NCBI GenBank assembly: GCA_951406725.2 | Contig: OX597831.1 | Location: 71,238,001-71,302,000, forward strand | Direction of reading: 5' to 3' | Length of the DNA stretch: 64,000 nucleotides | Source of the DNA: Octopus vulgaris | Taxonomy: Eukaryota | In this document: in pieces, positions 25,333-38,669 of the stretch | Layout: the number at the start of each line of letters is the position of its first letter | Position numbering within the stretch: the first letter of the stretch is position 1 | The notes under the pieces: model-generated | The model's input: only the letters and a program-made list of their open reading frames with translations | Told to the model about the DNA's origin: nothing | Databases searched by the model: none | Position numbers and translations under genes: made by a program

Positions 25333-27249
25333 TGGATGTGTATACTATTTGTGACAACACAAAAACTGAGTAATGTCATGCGTATCCACTTGAAATTTGT
25401 CTATGAAATAACTGTTGAGAAAAGACAGTCAGATAGACAGGCAGAGGCTACAAAATACACAGGAGTTAGAAGTAGTTATTTTACCATCTTGAAATTTTGA
25501 AGACCCCACTTAAGATGGAATATGATTTGATTTATTTATATATTTCTCTTGACATATTATTCAATTTGCTTACTATTTTATTCATAACAACTTTTATCAT
25601 TTTTATTGGCTACAACAGATAGACAGCTATGAATTTGATGCTATAGCATTTGTGTATTTTCACTTTCTATATATTATGATTTATAAATTACTATCTACAA
25701 CAATACAGAGAAGATCACAAACTATTCATTGGCAGCAAAACACTCTTCTTCCCCCAACTCCAATTTCATAAGAACTTTCTGAATTTATATTTTTGGCTAA
25801 TAAGCTATCCAGAGACACCATGGCAGAGTTTTCATTTATCAGATGACTTGCGTATGCTATGCTTCTTTTCTCACATTCTTGATTTACTCCTTGTCTTACA
25901 TGTCACCCTCTTCTTCCATCACTCACCTCCAGGTTTCAATAAAATTTATTGGAATAGACTCACTTGGCAATTAAACTATGCAGTCAAACCAAAATGATGT
26001 TTTCATTCTCGGACTGTCTACATATTCTGTGAACTCAGCTCTTTTCTTTCATTCATGCTCTCACCTCTAATGCATGCTCCATTTCTTCTTTCCACTCATC
26101 CTTCTTTGCCTTTCATAATACACATCATACTAAACTCTGCAGGGGTACTAGAATAACACTCTCAAACCCAGTTGACATGTATCCCACTTCATCTCCATTC
26201 CAGGATCACTCTTATCTTCTTCCTATACATTCCTCTGTTATATAACTACATCGTATATCCTGTCTCTTTCTTTGGGCTCCATTGTCTTTCCCATCTTCTC
26301 ATTCTTCTCGTCAGTTCCAGCTTATACTTACAGAGATCTGTTATTGCAATAAAGGAAAACATGGACTCCACAAGCCATAATCATGAAGAGAAGTAATTCA
26401 GAATAAAAACTGAGACTGTGTAGATAATTTATTCCTGACAGAGAACTTCTCCAATGCTGATGGCATGGTAAAATGTACCCAGTCTATGCTGTAAAGCTAC
26501 TGATGAAAGCAGAAATATCTAGCTTGTAAAACAAGACCAAACTCATGATAAGCTCTAATGCAATGAAAATCTTTAATTGTGTATATCAACACTCACTATG
26601 CTAGTGCTGTGCACAATCGCCAGGTGGAAAGATATGGCAAGAACCCTGGGCTGTTATCAAGTCATTGGCTGTTATCAAGCCTTTCAAGTGTAGGAAACTC
26701 ATCTCAAGTATCATTCTTTTCACCACAGGTTATCTTCTTCATATGGAGCAAAATATTTCAGGGTTGCAGTTATCAACACTGGTATAATGAAAGATTAATC
26801 TTGTGAGATTATAGAGGTGCTAGAACACCAGCAAGTAGGTGTGTGCAGTGTGAAAGCCTCAGCTAATCCTCTTGCGAGCAACTCAAAATCTAAGTAACAA
26901 CACTGATTTAGATGAAGTAGGCATACCAGTGACTGAAATAGATAAATAACCTAAATGAAATAACCAGAGTAATTAAACTACTTGAAGGTTAATCAAGAGT
27001 AACTGCTACCTCTACTTATGCAGTACCGTTGAGATTGACCATTAAGTGAAAAGGACTGCTTCAATAGGTGTTCTTATAAATTTCTTTGATAACAAATAAC
27101 AGCAACATCATTATCCTTAGAAGGATGAAAGGCAAAGTTGACTTTGGCAAGATTTAAAACCAAAATGTAAAGAGTCAGAATAAATATTTCAAGACTTTTT
27201 ATCTGACACTCTCAGGGTTCTTCCTCCCTACCACCTCATTAGAGCAGTG

Positions 27250-28180
27250 TAATCACCAACTACTATGTTGGCAAAGGAAATGCTCTAGAAAGAAACTACT
27301 ACAAAGGTATCAAGCTGATGGACCAAGCTATGAAAGTCTTAGCACAATTGATGAAGAAGAGAATCTGCTTACACGAGATATAATTTGGATTTGGATTTGG
27401 CCAGAGTGCTACAATATTTTCTTCCTGGTGAGACAAGGGTGGAGAAGTTTTAGTTTTAGCTAAGAGTAAGGTGATTTACTGAGCTTTTGCTGATCTATAG
27501 AAGGCCTTTGAGAGAGAGAGTATCTTGATCTATAGACCAGTAGTCATAAAGAGAATTAGGAAAATGGCTTGTGAGAGAACAGTGTGAGTCATGTACAGAG
27601 ATACTGTTAGCATTAAATTCAGTGAGTATTTAGTACATTAGTAGGTATCTACCAAAGCTTGGTTTTTAGTCCTTGCTATTTATTATAGTTCTCCAAGCTA
27701 TAAACAGAAGCATTTAAGACCAGCTCACTGTGAGATTTACAGAGAAATGTTTAGTTGTGGAAACTAAACTTAGAATTAAGATGCCTTGGTGTAAACCTGA
27801 CAATGAATTAAGTTTTAGTATGTTGGAAAGAAGGAATGCTTCTGTGGCCATCAGGTATATGGCCATGCTCGTTATGCAGAAAAGGAGTATATCTCAGTAT
27901 GGTGTGCTCATTGTGATTTCTGGATATCTAGGTAGTGTATTAGCATAAAGGGGAAGCTGCTGAAAATAAAGACTTTGTATGGGGAAGATGTACAGAGGAA
28001 ACCTTCAAAACGGCAGCGAAGTAAATTCCTTGCAATGATCAGAAAGCTTTGTAGAAGTAGTTAATAGCATCTGTTCCCTAGGGCTTTCTGAAAACACAAT
28101 AGCCAGAATAAGAATAGAGTAGACAAAGTTCTGGTAACTATTATCTCTAATGACAGAAACAGATTTTCTCTTTCAGTGAA
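27250..28180 (+). pseudogene. Degenerate RTE-clade LINE reverse transcriptase fragment
   Basis: NYYKGIKLMDQAMKVL..I*FGF..FLVRQ..LAKSKVIY*AFADL*KAF motifs with frameshifts. Confidence 0.75.
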
Positions 28181-28189
28181 GAGCAGTCT

Positions 28190-28907
28190 GAATCTTACAG
28201 TTAGTCTGTGATTTTGTCATGGATAGGAACAAAGAACGAATGTGTAATTTTTTATTAAACTCGGGAAGTTTGCTACAGAGAGATTGAGCATTCTTCAGCA
28301 ATGGGGTTGTACACAATGTTTTGAGTGTCATGGGTGCTTCAAAAGCAGAACATTCTTGGAAGACGATGAGTGATCTAGAAGACTTGCCATGAGAATCACT
28401 CCCAGAAATGTGGTATTGTGCATTGAGAATTCATCCCTCAGGGCCAGACCACCAATCAAGTGTTCTACTGTGATGTTTTGAAGGATTTGAGGGAGGACAT
28501 TTGGCAAAAGAGACTGGATCTGTGGATCATGAAGAATTGGATTCTTCACTGAGATTTCCTAACTTGTGAGTTTCTCACCAAACACAGCATGGTATCTCTT
28601 CCACCCCCACCCCCCTGTTCACCAAATTTGGTATATGCAGACTTCTATCTCTTCCACAAGGGGAAAATGCTGCTCAAAGGCTGTCAGTTTAACACCATTG
28701 TCACAATCCTGTGTGAATCGCAAAGGTTTCCTCAACTCACTTATGGAAAATGACTTCCAGGCTGGATCCCAAAAGTGGTTGGAATGCTGGGACCAGTGTA
28801 CTGCTGCACAAGGTGACTATTTCAAAGGAGATGATGTTAAAACTTTGGTAAATAAGTTACTTTTTATTAAATATAACAAGTCTGGGAACCATTTGATACC
28901 ATCTTAT
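28190..28907 (+). mobile_element. Mariner transposon relic, internally deleted
   Basis: KLGKFATE.. N-terminus, PCSPNLVYADFYLF (YSPDLAP-like) and FQAGSQKWLECWDQCTAAQGDYFKGD C-terminus. Confidence 0.85.
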
Positions 28908-28988
28908 ATTCCATATAATTTGAAGGAAGTTTATTTCCTGCCTTGTATCATTTACTTAACTCTTCTTTCCTTCTTTCTGCAAACAAAA

Positions 28989-29003
28989 TTATTATTATTA
29001 TTA

Positions 29004-29050
<47 letters not shown>

Positions 29051-29440
29051 CATCATCATCATCATCATCATTATTATTATTATTATTCCTCTTCCTCCTC
29101 TTATTCTTCTTCATCTTATTCTTCTTCTTCCTCTTCTTCATCCTCTTCTTCTTCTTCTACCTCTACTTCTTCTTCATTCTCTTCTTCTTCTTCTTCTTCT
29201 TCTTCTTCATCCTCTTCTTCTTCGACCTCTTCTTCTTCTCCTCCTCCCCCTCCTCCTGCTTCCTCTTCTTCATCGTCTTCTTCTTCTTCTTCTTCGACCT
29301 CTTCTTCTTCTCCTCCTCCCCCTCCTCCTGCTTCCTCTTCTTCATCGTCTTCTTCTTCTTCTTCTTCTTCTTCTTCTTCTTCTTCTCCTCCTCCTTCCTC
29401 TTCTTTGTCTTCCTCTTCTTCGTCTCCTCCTCCTCCTCCT
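28989..29440. repeat. Compound trinucleotide microsatellite (TTA)n(TCA)n(TCT/CCT)n
   Basis: Direct; includes an internal ~63-bp duplication. Confidence 0.95.
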
Positions 29441-29966
29441 TTTTCTTTTGAGATAATTTATGTCCTATGTTAAGCATAAGATGAAAATTAAAATTGAATA
29501 TTCTAAACTGTGTGTATTTAAAGGGTTCCTTCTATCATTTGCAAATGTCTTTTGATATTTCTATCTTATCAGTGCAGTTTCTTGAAAATAATTTAAAAAA
29601 ACACTGCTAATAAAAATGATAAAGGCAAGATTAATATTAAAATCTATGCAACATCCCAAATTTACTGTAGCCTTCTGCTAGTGTTAGTAAAATTGATGTG
29701 AAATTGATTGCCTGAAAGAGAAATAGGAAACAATGATAAAATTATCATACAATTTAATTTGTAAAGAAAAATTAAGGGAAAACTACATTTAAGTTTTATT
29801 TCTTGGAAATATGTTTGCAAATTTCATATTTCAATGTGATGTCTACATCCCAATCGCCCTTTTGTTAGAGTAGTGTTTGCCAGTAGTGTCTGTTTGACAT
29901 GAGGTTCCAAGATTAGAATGATACAAGTAATTTATTTGTTTACTCAGTTCCAGCTAATACTCAGTT

Positions 29967-30155
29967 CATCATCATCATCATCATCATCTCTTTTCCATGC
30001 TGGCCTGGGTTGGATGGTTTGACCAGAGCTGGTAAGGCCAGGGGCTGCACCAGGCGCCATTATCTGTTCTGGCATGGCTTCTATGGCTGGATGCTCTTCT
30101 TAATGCTAACCATTCCATTGAGTGTACCAGGTGCTTTTAACAACGCACCAGCACT
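29967..30155 (-). mobile_element. Diverged family D copy
   Basis: (CAT)n, ttccatgctggc.tgggttggatgg and ggctggatgc.cttc.taatgc.aacc motifs. Confidence 0.7.
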
Positions 30156-30308
30156 GGTATCGATTCTGCTGTGATGGACGGGTCTTCTTAAGCACAGCAA
30201 TACATCAGATATCTCGGTCCTTAGTCATCTTCTTGATAAGGCTCAAATGTCTTGAGATTGGCCTTCAATACTTCATCCCAAACATCATGTAGAAATTTAA
30301 CATCCAAT

Positions 30309-30541
30309 AAGGCGGCGAGCCGGCAGAAGCATTAGCGCGCCGGCCAAAATGCTTTGCAGTATTTCGTCTGCCGTTACGTTGTAAGTTCAAATTCCACCAA
30401 TGTCGACTTTGCCTTTCATCCTTTCGGGGTTGATAAATTAAGTACCAGTTACGCACTGGGGTCGATGTAATTGACTTAATCAGTTTGTCTGTCTTTGTTT
30501 GTCTTCTCTGTGTTTAGCCCCTTTGTGGGCAGTAAAGAAAT
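30309..30541 (+). mobile_element. SINE-C, full length, with TSD
   Basis: agaaatttaacatcc on both sides. Confidence 0.92.
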
Positions 30542-30886
30542 AAGAAATTTAACATCCCATGAATTATTTTGCAAATCAATTCCAATCTTACTTCTCAAGT
30601 GAATCAAGGAAGTTTTAGGAATCACTATCAGTTCATATTTATCTGCTGCTACCTTAGAATATCCTTATTCTCATACACCTGGAAATATTGACTCCTACCT
30701 CCTCCTGCTGAAAATTTAAATGTACAATTTAAAAGCTCTAATGCATACTAGTTCATGTTATGTGTGTAGATAAACTTGGTGTGACCCAAGTAAATTTTGA
30801 TGTTTTTCATTTTTTTCACAACGGGACTAGTGTTCTCTGGCAGTTGTAGGTATTGTATTTATGAAGTGGTTCTAATAATAATTCTA

Positions 30887-31281
30887 TCTTTATATATAAA
30901 AGAGAGGTTGTGTGCTGTCTGTCTCCTACGATTTAGATTCCTAACTACTCCCACATTTTGCGGTGCAGTTTAACCAAAACCGGGTATCTTATAGTCGTGA
31001 TTCATATCGAGCCCTTCTGGGTATTAGCGTGCATCTACGATGAGTCTACGATTTAAAAAAAAATTTACCATCAATTTTTCCCATTTTTAATGCATTTTTG
31101 GCATATATAAGGGAAGTAACTCTCTAAAAATTTATTATTAAATCTCAGAACGTAAAAAGCTACAGTAACACCCCCCTTTGTGGTTAGCCATATTGCGATG
31201 GCTATTATACTTTACATCTCTAAAAATGCTTATATAGTTATTTCCCTTACAAACCCGAGCAACGCCGGGCGATACTGCTAG
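30887..31281 (+). mobile_element. Non-autonomous Helitron, second copy
   Basis: TC start, same 3' hairpin and CTAG|T end as 18812-19210. Confidence 0.88.
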
Positions 31282-32490
31282 TAATATATAAAACAGTGAA
31301 ACCATTATAAATTTTTCATGGTTAAATACAGGAGTGTTATGCCTAGGGAACAATATAACTTAAGAAATGAAATTTCTAACATTTGAAAATTTTCTAGGTT
31401 GTAAAATATAAATTTCACTCTTACTTGTATTTACATCACATTAGCTGGCTTACCACACTTGCAGTCTTGATTTAAAATTCCATGCAAATGTATTTGAAAT
31501 GCATTGAGCACTTAACGTTGCATTTCCTAGTAGGTTTGTAATCTATATTGATTTGAGATCTGTATATAAGCATATTTCAAAGTGGATATTAACATAGTTT
31601 ATGTAGTAACTCAAGAAATTCCATTCTTTTATACCTTTCATCCCTTAGGCTGTGGCCATGCTGGGGCACTGCCAGTGGAATTAATTAAATTTAATTAAAG
31701 CTATTCACTTAATGATGAAAATAATCATAATCTAAATTACTAATTCTGGTCAAAAAGGTAGGGGAGACAACTCTAGAATGTAAATTAATCAAAGTTAGAT
31801 GTAAAATATAGTAGGTTGTGAATGTGTAAGGTGTTTGTAAGGATTGCCAATTACAGTTTTACACATGAGTTATATTATGTATTTGCGCTTAACATTTACT
31901 TCTAGAAAAGCACTATACACTTTGCTATTAAGAATAAGTGTATATGAGAAGTGGCAATGTTGATGCCCCTCTCTTCAGATTCTCAATACACTTCTCACTT
32001 GTACAATAATGTGACTACCTTATATTGAAGATAAGCTTCTGGCAAACTGATCCTACCAGACAGTTTCAATCCTTCATCTCTCCCACTTTACTTCTCAGGT
32101 ACAGTTTTTAATAATTGTGAACTGTATAAACAGAAATGAAGTTTCTACCTGTCAGACTTATATATGATGCTTTGGATATAACTATAATACAACATTCAGT
32201 TATGACTCAATAGGTCATGGCATGTCTTCAATTTCATATATATCTGTATTCCATTTTAGCTGTAAGATTCAGACCTGCTTCATCTCTTTATCATTATGTT
32301 GTAGAGTTTATATACAAATCGACCAGTGCCTTATCCAGAGGGAGATTCAACGTCTCATCTGCTTAATGTCCTGAAACCAGAGCTACATGCCAGTCTTTCT
32401 AAAACCCATCAAGTGGCATTTTAATATCTGCTGTAGAAACATGTCCATCACTTGAGCTGTAAAACTGTGTTGCCAAGAGAATTATTCTAA

Positions 32491-32901
32491 TACTCTTTAC
32501 TCTTTACTCTTTTACTTGTTTCAGTCATTTGACTGCGGCCATGCTGGAGCACCGCCTTTAGTCGAGCAAATCGACCCCAGGACTTATTCTTTTGTAAGCC
32601 CAGTACTTATTCTATCGGTCTCCTTTTGCCGAACCGCTAAGTGACGGGGACGTAAACACACCAGCAATGCTAGGGGGACAAACACAGACACACAAACATA
32701 TACACACACACTTATATATATATATATATACATATATACAACAGGCTTCTTTCAGTTTCTGTCTACCAAATCCACTCACAAGGCATTGGTCGGCCCGGGG
32801 CTATAGCTGAAGACACTTGCCCAAGATGCCACACAGTGGGACTGAACCTGGAACCATGTGGTTGGTTAGCAAGCTACTTACCACACAGCCACTCCTGTGC
32901 C
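32491..32901 (-). mobile_element. SINE-A, full length
   Basis: Reverse complement of the family consensus. Confidence 0.93.
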
Positions 32902-33227
32902 TAGTGTATAATTTTGATGATAAGAATATAACCTGATGTAAAACTGGGTGGATGTAGCAGCTGTAGTTGTGGTAGGGGTTCAGGCTGTTCGTGTGGAGAG
33001 TGGTGGTGGTGGTAGTATACAAATGCATAATTTGATCTTGAATATTGCTGCTAAAAGTGCTTCAGAGTAAAAGTTAACAGTTATTGAGTAACCTCTTGGC
33101 CTCTGCGAGATGTTGCTTCATTTGACTTGATTGTCTTGTAATTAATCAAATATCTACAATAAAAACTTTTGCATATACACACACACATACACACATTTAA
33201 AATTTATATATCTGTATCTGTGTAGCT

Positions 33228-33244
33228 TTCTCTCTCTCTCTCCA

Positions 33245-33308
<64 letters not shown>

Positions 33309-33422
33309 CATATGTACACACACATACACACATATAATTGTGTGTGTAGGTGTTTGAGTGTAAATATGCTTGTGTGTGTATATATTTATATGTATGTATG
33401 TATATATATATATGTGTATATA

Positions 33423-33489
<67 letters not shown>

Positions 33490-33536
33490 ATGTATATATA
33501 TATATATATGCTATGTGTGTGTGTGTTAACGTCATG

Positions 33537-33574
<38 letters not shown>

Positions 33575-33680
33575 AACACACATACACACCCATACACACA
33601 TGTACATGCATATGTCTGTGTTATTGTGCCTATATAAATACACACATACAGACATACACACACATGCATGTATGTACCAT
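33228..33680. repeat. Compound (CT)n/(TA)n/(CA)n microsatellite
   Basis: Direct. Confidence 0.9.
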
Positions 33681-34118
33681 TCAGACACACATAAAGGAAC
33701 AGAAACTCATACATTTGTTCATTCATATAAATCACTACATTTCTATACAATCTTTAAAAACATATATTAAAGAAAGACTAGAAGCAAGGGGTTGGAAATT
33801 ATGCATGTGTGTATGTATATATATATATATATGTATATATGCGTCTATATAAAATTTTTTGTGTGGCGGGATAGGGAGAGAGTGTGTTGTGGGAGATTTA
33901 TGTGGCAGTGTGTGTGCGTGCATGTGTGTGTGTGTGTGGGGGGGCAGTGTGTCATTCAGGGCATTGTAAAATTGTATTTTGTCAATATTGACCTCCAAAA
34001 TATATTTCACTTGATTATATTCTAGTCAATAAACCAAGAAGTGCCAGAATTTAAAGTTACAATCACCCACCTCCGTTTCTCTTTACTCTCCCACCCCCTT
34101 ATGCTTTCTATTTCTCCT

Positions 34119-34181
<63 letters not shown>

Positions 34182-34542
34182 CTCTGATTTTTCCTTTCTT
34201 TCTTGCGACTAAAGTTTCATCGAGCCAATGAGAAACAAGTTTCCTTCATGCTGTATTCTGGTTTCATATTTCTGACTTTTGACTATGATTAATTACTTAA
34301 TCTTTGCCATTGTTTTTGCCTCAGTATTAGAAGAGATCTTTACTAACAAAATTCAGTTTTAATTTATGATTCAGCTTCACTAAGAGTTACAGCTGGATGG
34401 CCTGTTGTATATGCTGTTTTGGGCTCTCAGTTCATGAATTTTTGTTTCAAGTTTACTGAAAGCTATTTTTGTTGTTGCTTTGTTGCTCAGTTCAGCTTTG
34501 ATGGAATAAACTCGAGTTATTATATCAGTAAATGTGAGATAT

Positions 34543-34930
34543 GGAATGGAAGCACTCCGTCGGTTACGACGATGAGGGTTCCGGTTGATCCGAATCAACA
34601 GAACAGCCTGCTCATGAAATTAACGTGTAAGTGGCTGAGCACTCCACAGACACGTGTACCCTTAACGTAGTTCTCGGGTATATTCAGCGTGACACAGAGA
34701 GTGACAAGACCGGCCCTTTGAAATACAGGTACAACAGAAACAGGAAGTAAGAGTGAGAGAAAGTTGTGGTGAAAGAGTACAGCAGGGATCACCACCATCC
34801 CCTGCCGGAGACTCGTGGAGCTTTAGGTGTTTTTGCTCAATAAACACTTACAACGCCCGGTCTGGGAATTTAAACCGCGATCCTATGACCGCGAGTCCGC
34901 TGCCCTAACCACTGGGCCATTGCGCCTCCA
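34543..34930 (-). mobile_element. SINE-B, full length
   Basis: Reverse complement of 48166-48551. Confidence 0.93.
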
Positions 34931-35089
34931 TAAATGTGGAATAGATGTCAACAAGAAATAGCTCAGAGGGAAGGAATTGGTAACAGGCAGCACAGAAAGG
35001 ATGAGGATGAGGGATGGGAAAATGAAGGCGTGGGCTGTGTTAGATGAAAGTTTGACAAGGACGGTTGTTTTGAAGAGCTCTGTTATATG

Positions 35090-35505
35090 TATTTCTTTAT
35101 TGCCCACAAGGGGCTAAACATAGAGGAGACAAACAAGGACAGACAAAGTGATTAAGTCGATTACATCGACCCCCCCCACCACCACCACCAGTGCGAAACT
35201 GGTACTTTATTTATCGACCCCGAAAGGATGAAAGGTAAAGTCGACCTTGGCAGAATTTGAACTCAAAACGTAACGACAGATGGAATACCTATTTCTTTAT
35301 TACCCACAGAGGGGACAAACAAGGACAGACATAGGTATTAAGTCGATTACATCGACCCCAGTGCGTAACTGGTACTTAATTTATCGACCCCGAAAGGATG
35401 AAAGGCAAAGTCGACCTCGGCGGAATTTGAACTCACAACGTAACGCAGACTACCGCTAAGCATTTCGCCCGGCGCGCTAACGAGTCTGCCAGCACGCCAC
35501 CTTCA
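35090..35505 (-). mobile_element. SINE-C partial dimer with a single 14-bp TSD
   Basis: TSD agctctgttatatg at 35076-35089 and 35506-35519; body and tail present twice, head once. Confidence 0.9.
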
Positions 35506-35666
35506 AGCTCTGTTATATGCTTACATGTTATGATTCCAAAAATTCAATCCTGCTGTTTTAGTAGGGATGGGTGAATTTTTTTCATGCTCTGGAATCAACT
35601 GGTTATTTTGTTATTTGTTATTTCCTCCATGTGGCCTAACAGCTTGATATCAGCCTCCATTATATC

Positions 35667-35815
35667 TGAGGGCTTGGCTCAAATGTTCACAGACCAACCA
35701 AAATACTCTCATGGAATGTAAAATGAAATGAGGTTTATTTTTCAACGTAGTCCACTTTGTGGTGTACACACTTCTTCCGTTGGTGTTGCAGTGCTTGGAT
35801 CCTGTTGAAAACGTC
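35667..35815 (-). mobile_element. Mariner 3' end relic
   Basis: RIQALQHQRKKCVHHKVDYVEK* resembles a mariner C-terminus. Confidence 0.65.
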
Positions 35816-36026
35816 CTGCAAAGCAGCTATGTTGTCAGGATCACAGTGACACTGGCACCTAGTATGCTGCGGAACAGATAACGGGTATGAAATCAGGTGA
35901 AAAGGGAGGGCGACCAACCTGCTTATGATTCAACTGCACATCCTGTGCATCTGTAGTCTGCACTGGTTTCACTGTATGGAATTTCTCTCCATTCGTAACT
36001 GGAAGGATACAAGCACACACAAAATC

Positions 36027-36029
<3 letters not shown>

Positions 36030-36057
<28 letters not shown>

Positions 36058-36272
36058 CATGCACATGCACACACATGCATATGCTCACACACACACATAT
36101 GCATAACACACATGCATATACTCACACACACATATGCATAACACACATGCATATGCTCACACACACATATGCATAACACATGCATATGCTCACACCCACA
36201 TGCATAACACACATGCATATACTCACACACACATATGCATAACACACATGCATATGCTCACACATACACATA
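36030..36272. repeat. CA-derived ~34-36-bp minisatellite
   Basis: Repeated catatgcataacacacatgcatatgctcacacaca units. Confidence 0.9.
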
Positions 36273-36869
36273 TTTGTGTGTGTGTTTGGGTACACTTTGC
36301 ATGAGTATGGTTGTTTATTTTTTGTTGAGTGTATGTGCGTATGTAAGTATTCGTTACAGTAAACGATCCTGTTCTGATGGTCTGTGATATAGTGGTTTGA
36401 TGGGAGTAATTTTGTCTTCACTATGCTACACTCCACTATTTATTTTTTCTTTTTATTTTATCTAGTTTCAGCTCATGAGCTGTGGCCATGCTGGGGCACC
36501 GCCATTTGGTGTTGCTACATGATTTTACTTCACGAATGCTTTTTAGCAATTGCCATTTGGTGCAGGAGAGAGTTCCATGCAGCTGCCCTCATCTTTACAC
36601 ATTATCACTTGCCATTCTTTTTTTCCTTCCTCTTAAGCTTTTTTTTTCACCATCTATTTTATACAAATTATTTAGTGTGGCTTTGTCTATTGGTGGGTTT
36701 ATGATTCTCATCCATATATCTGACTATGCTTTGGTACAGCTTCACTCCCATACTTGCAGCCAAAACGAGAGGGTCAACACACTTTCCATATCTTGATATC
36801 TTTTCGGAATCAAGTTTTAAATTTTAAGTTTTTAATTCACTTGGAAAAATCATTTTCTTTTTCATGATA

Positions 36870-37775
36870 CGAGGGGCTACCCAAAAGTAACTGGAAACAT
36901 TCTCTGTGGAACAAGCCCACTGTAGTTGAGGCTTCTGTCACTAGAAGCCATTTGATGCAAGCCCTAGGCATCAGTCACCCAACTGGCAGCATCAAGTGAG
37001 ATTGTACTGCCATGTGATGCATCTTTGTTTTGCAGTGTGTCTCCCTGTTTGTTGATTTTTGCGATGGCTGAAATGAAGAAGTAGCTTGCTTCCGTGAAAT
37101 TCTGTTTTCTGCTGGGAAAACAGCAGCCGAAACAGTTGTCATGCTTCAAACAGCTTACAAGGATGCTGCCATGTGTAAAACACAAGTTTACGAGTGGTTT
37201 CCATGCTTTAGGAGTGTTCACTTATCACTTGAAGACCAACTTTGTTCAAGGCATCTGTCAACTTCCTGACTGAAGGAAAACATCATGAAAATTCATGAAC
37301 TGATTGTGGGGGGGCTGTCACTGAACAATTGACAAACTTGTTGATATAATTGGTGTGTCCTGAGGCTCCTGTCAACGAATTTTGCGCGAGGAATTACAAA
37401 TTAAAAGAGTTGCAGCAAAATTTGTGCCTCGCTTGCTCACAGAAGATCAAAAGCCATCAATAACTGAAAATGTGTTGTGAACTGAAAGAACAGCTTGAAG
37501 CTGATCTGGACCTTCTTTCGAAGGTCATCACTAGTGATGAAAGCTGGTGCTACAGAATTTGTAGATGTAGAAGAGGTGAAGAAAAAATAATGGAGGCGTT
37601 AAAAGGCATCATTTCGTAAGAGTTTCAGCACAGCTTCAATCAGTGGAAAACGCATCTGGACCAATGCATTGGTTCAAATGGAGAAGATTTTTGAAGGCAA
37701 TAAAAGTGTAAACATCTAAAACTAAGTGAATGAAATAACATTGCAAGATTCCAGTTTCTTTTGGCTATCCCCTCG
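36870..37775 (+). mobile_element. Internally deleted mariner (irritans-like) with both TIRs
   Basis: TA|CGAGGGGCTACCCAAAAGTAACTGGAA ... TTCCAGTTTCTTTTGGCTATCCCCTCG|TA; VKFCFLLGK, QVYEWF, AAKFVPRLLT and KVITSDESWCY, then a jump to the C-terminus. Confidence 0.93.
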
Positions 37776-38128
37776 TATAATCAGTTTATTCATCAGTAAA
37801 ATATGTGTTAGAAACAGCTGTAGTGAACCTCAAGCCATTTTGTTCATTATATATATATATATGTATATATATAATAACAATTTAACAAATAAAACATATG
37901 CATACATACATATATGTACATACCTACATCTATATATATATATACATGCATATATATATATATGAGTACAGGACACCACAAATAAACGTAGAACACGAGA
38001 AACGAAAACATAAAAACAAACAAGGAAACAGACTTTTTTTAACAACGAAAAAACAGGGTACAAGACAAACAATACAAGGAACATTCCCCTTCATCAGCTG
38101 CCCCTGGTTCGACTCAGTGCGTGTTATA

Positions 38129-38564
38129 TTCTTTTATTCTTTTACTTCTTTCAGTCATTTTGATTGTGGCCATGCTGAAGCATGTCTTTTAGTCAAAGAA
38201 ATCGACCCCTGAACTTATTCTTTCTAAGCCTGGTACTTATTCTATCAGTCTTTTTTGCTGAACCACTAAGTAACAGGGATGTAGACACATCAACATCAGT
38301 TGTCAAGTGATGGTGGGAGGACAAACACAGACACACGCACACAAATATATAGATAGATATATACATACATTAATATATATATATATATATATATATATAC
38401 AACAGACTTCTTTCAGTTTCTGTCTACCAAATCCACTCACAAGGCTTTGGTCGGCCTGTGGCTATAGCAGAAGACACTTGCCTGAAGTGTCACACAGGGG
38501 AACTGAACCCAGAACCATGTGATTGGGAAGCAAGCTTCTTACCCGCACAGCCACTACTGCGCCT
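38129..38564 (-). mobile_element. SINE-A, diverged full length
   Basis: Reverse complement of the family consensus. Confidence 0.88.
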
Positions 38565-38614
38565 ATACACACGCACACACACACACACACACATATGTAT
38601 ATATATATATACAT

Positions 38615-38669
<55 letters not shown>

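Noticed and set aside
26496-26525. gcta-CTGATGA-aagca-GAAA-tatc-tagc hammerhead look-alike
   Set aside because: No stem II; lies in a decayed family D relic, so probably chance.
28566-29477. 296-aa Leu-rich, Ser-rich and Lys-rich ORFs
   Set aside because: Mariner C-terminal relic running into trinucleotide repeats.
37965-38125. Minus-strand CTGATGAAGGGG in a probable PLE-terminal-like repeat
   Set aside because: No GAAA in register and truncated by SINE-A; a ribozyme cannot be supported.
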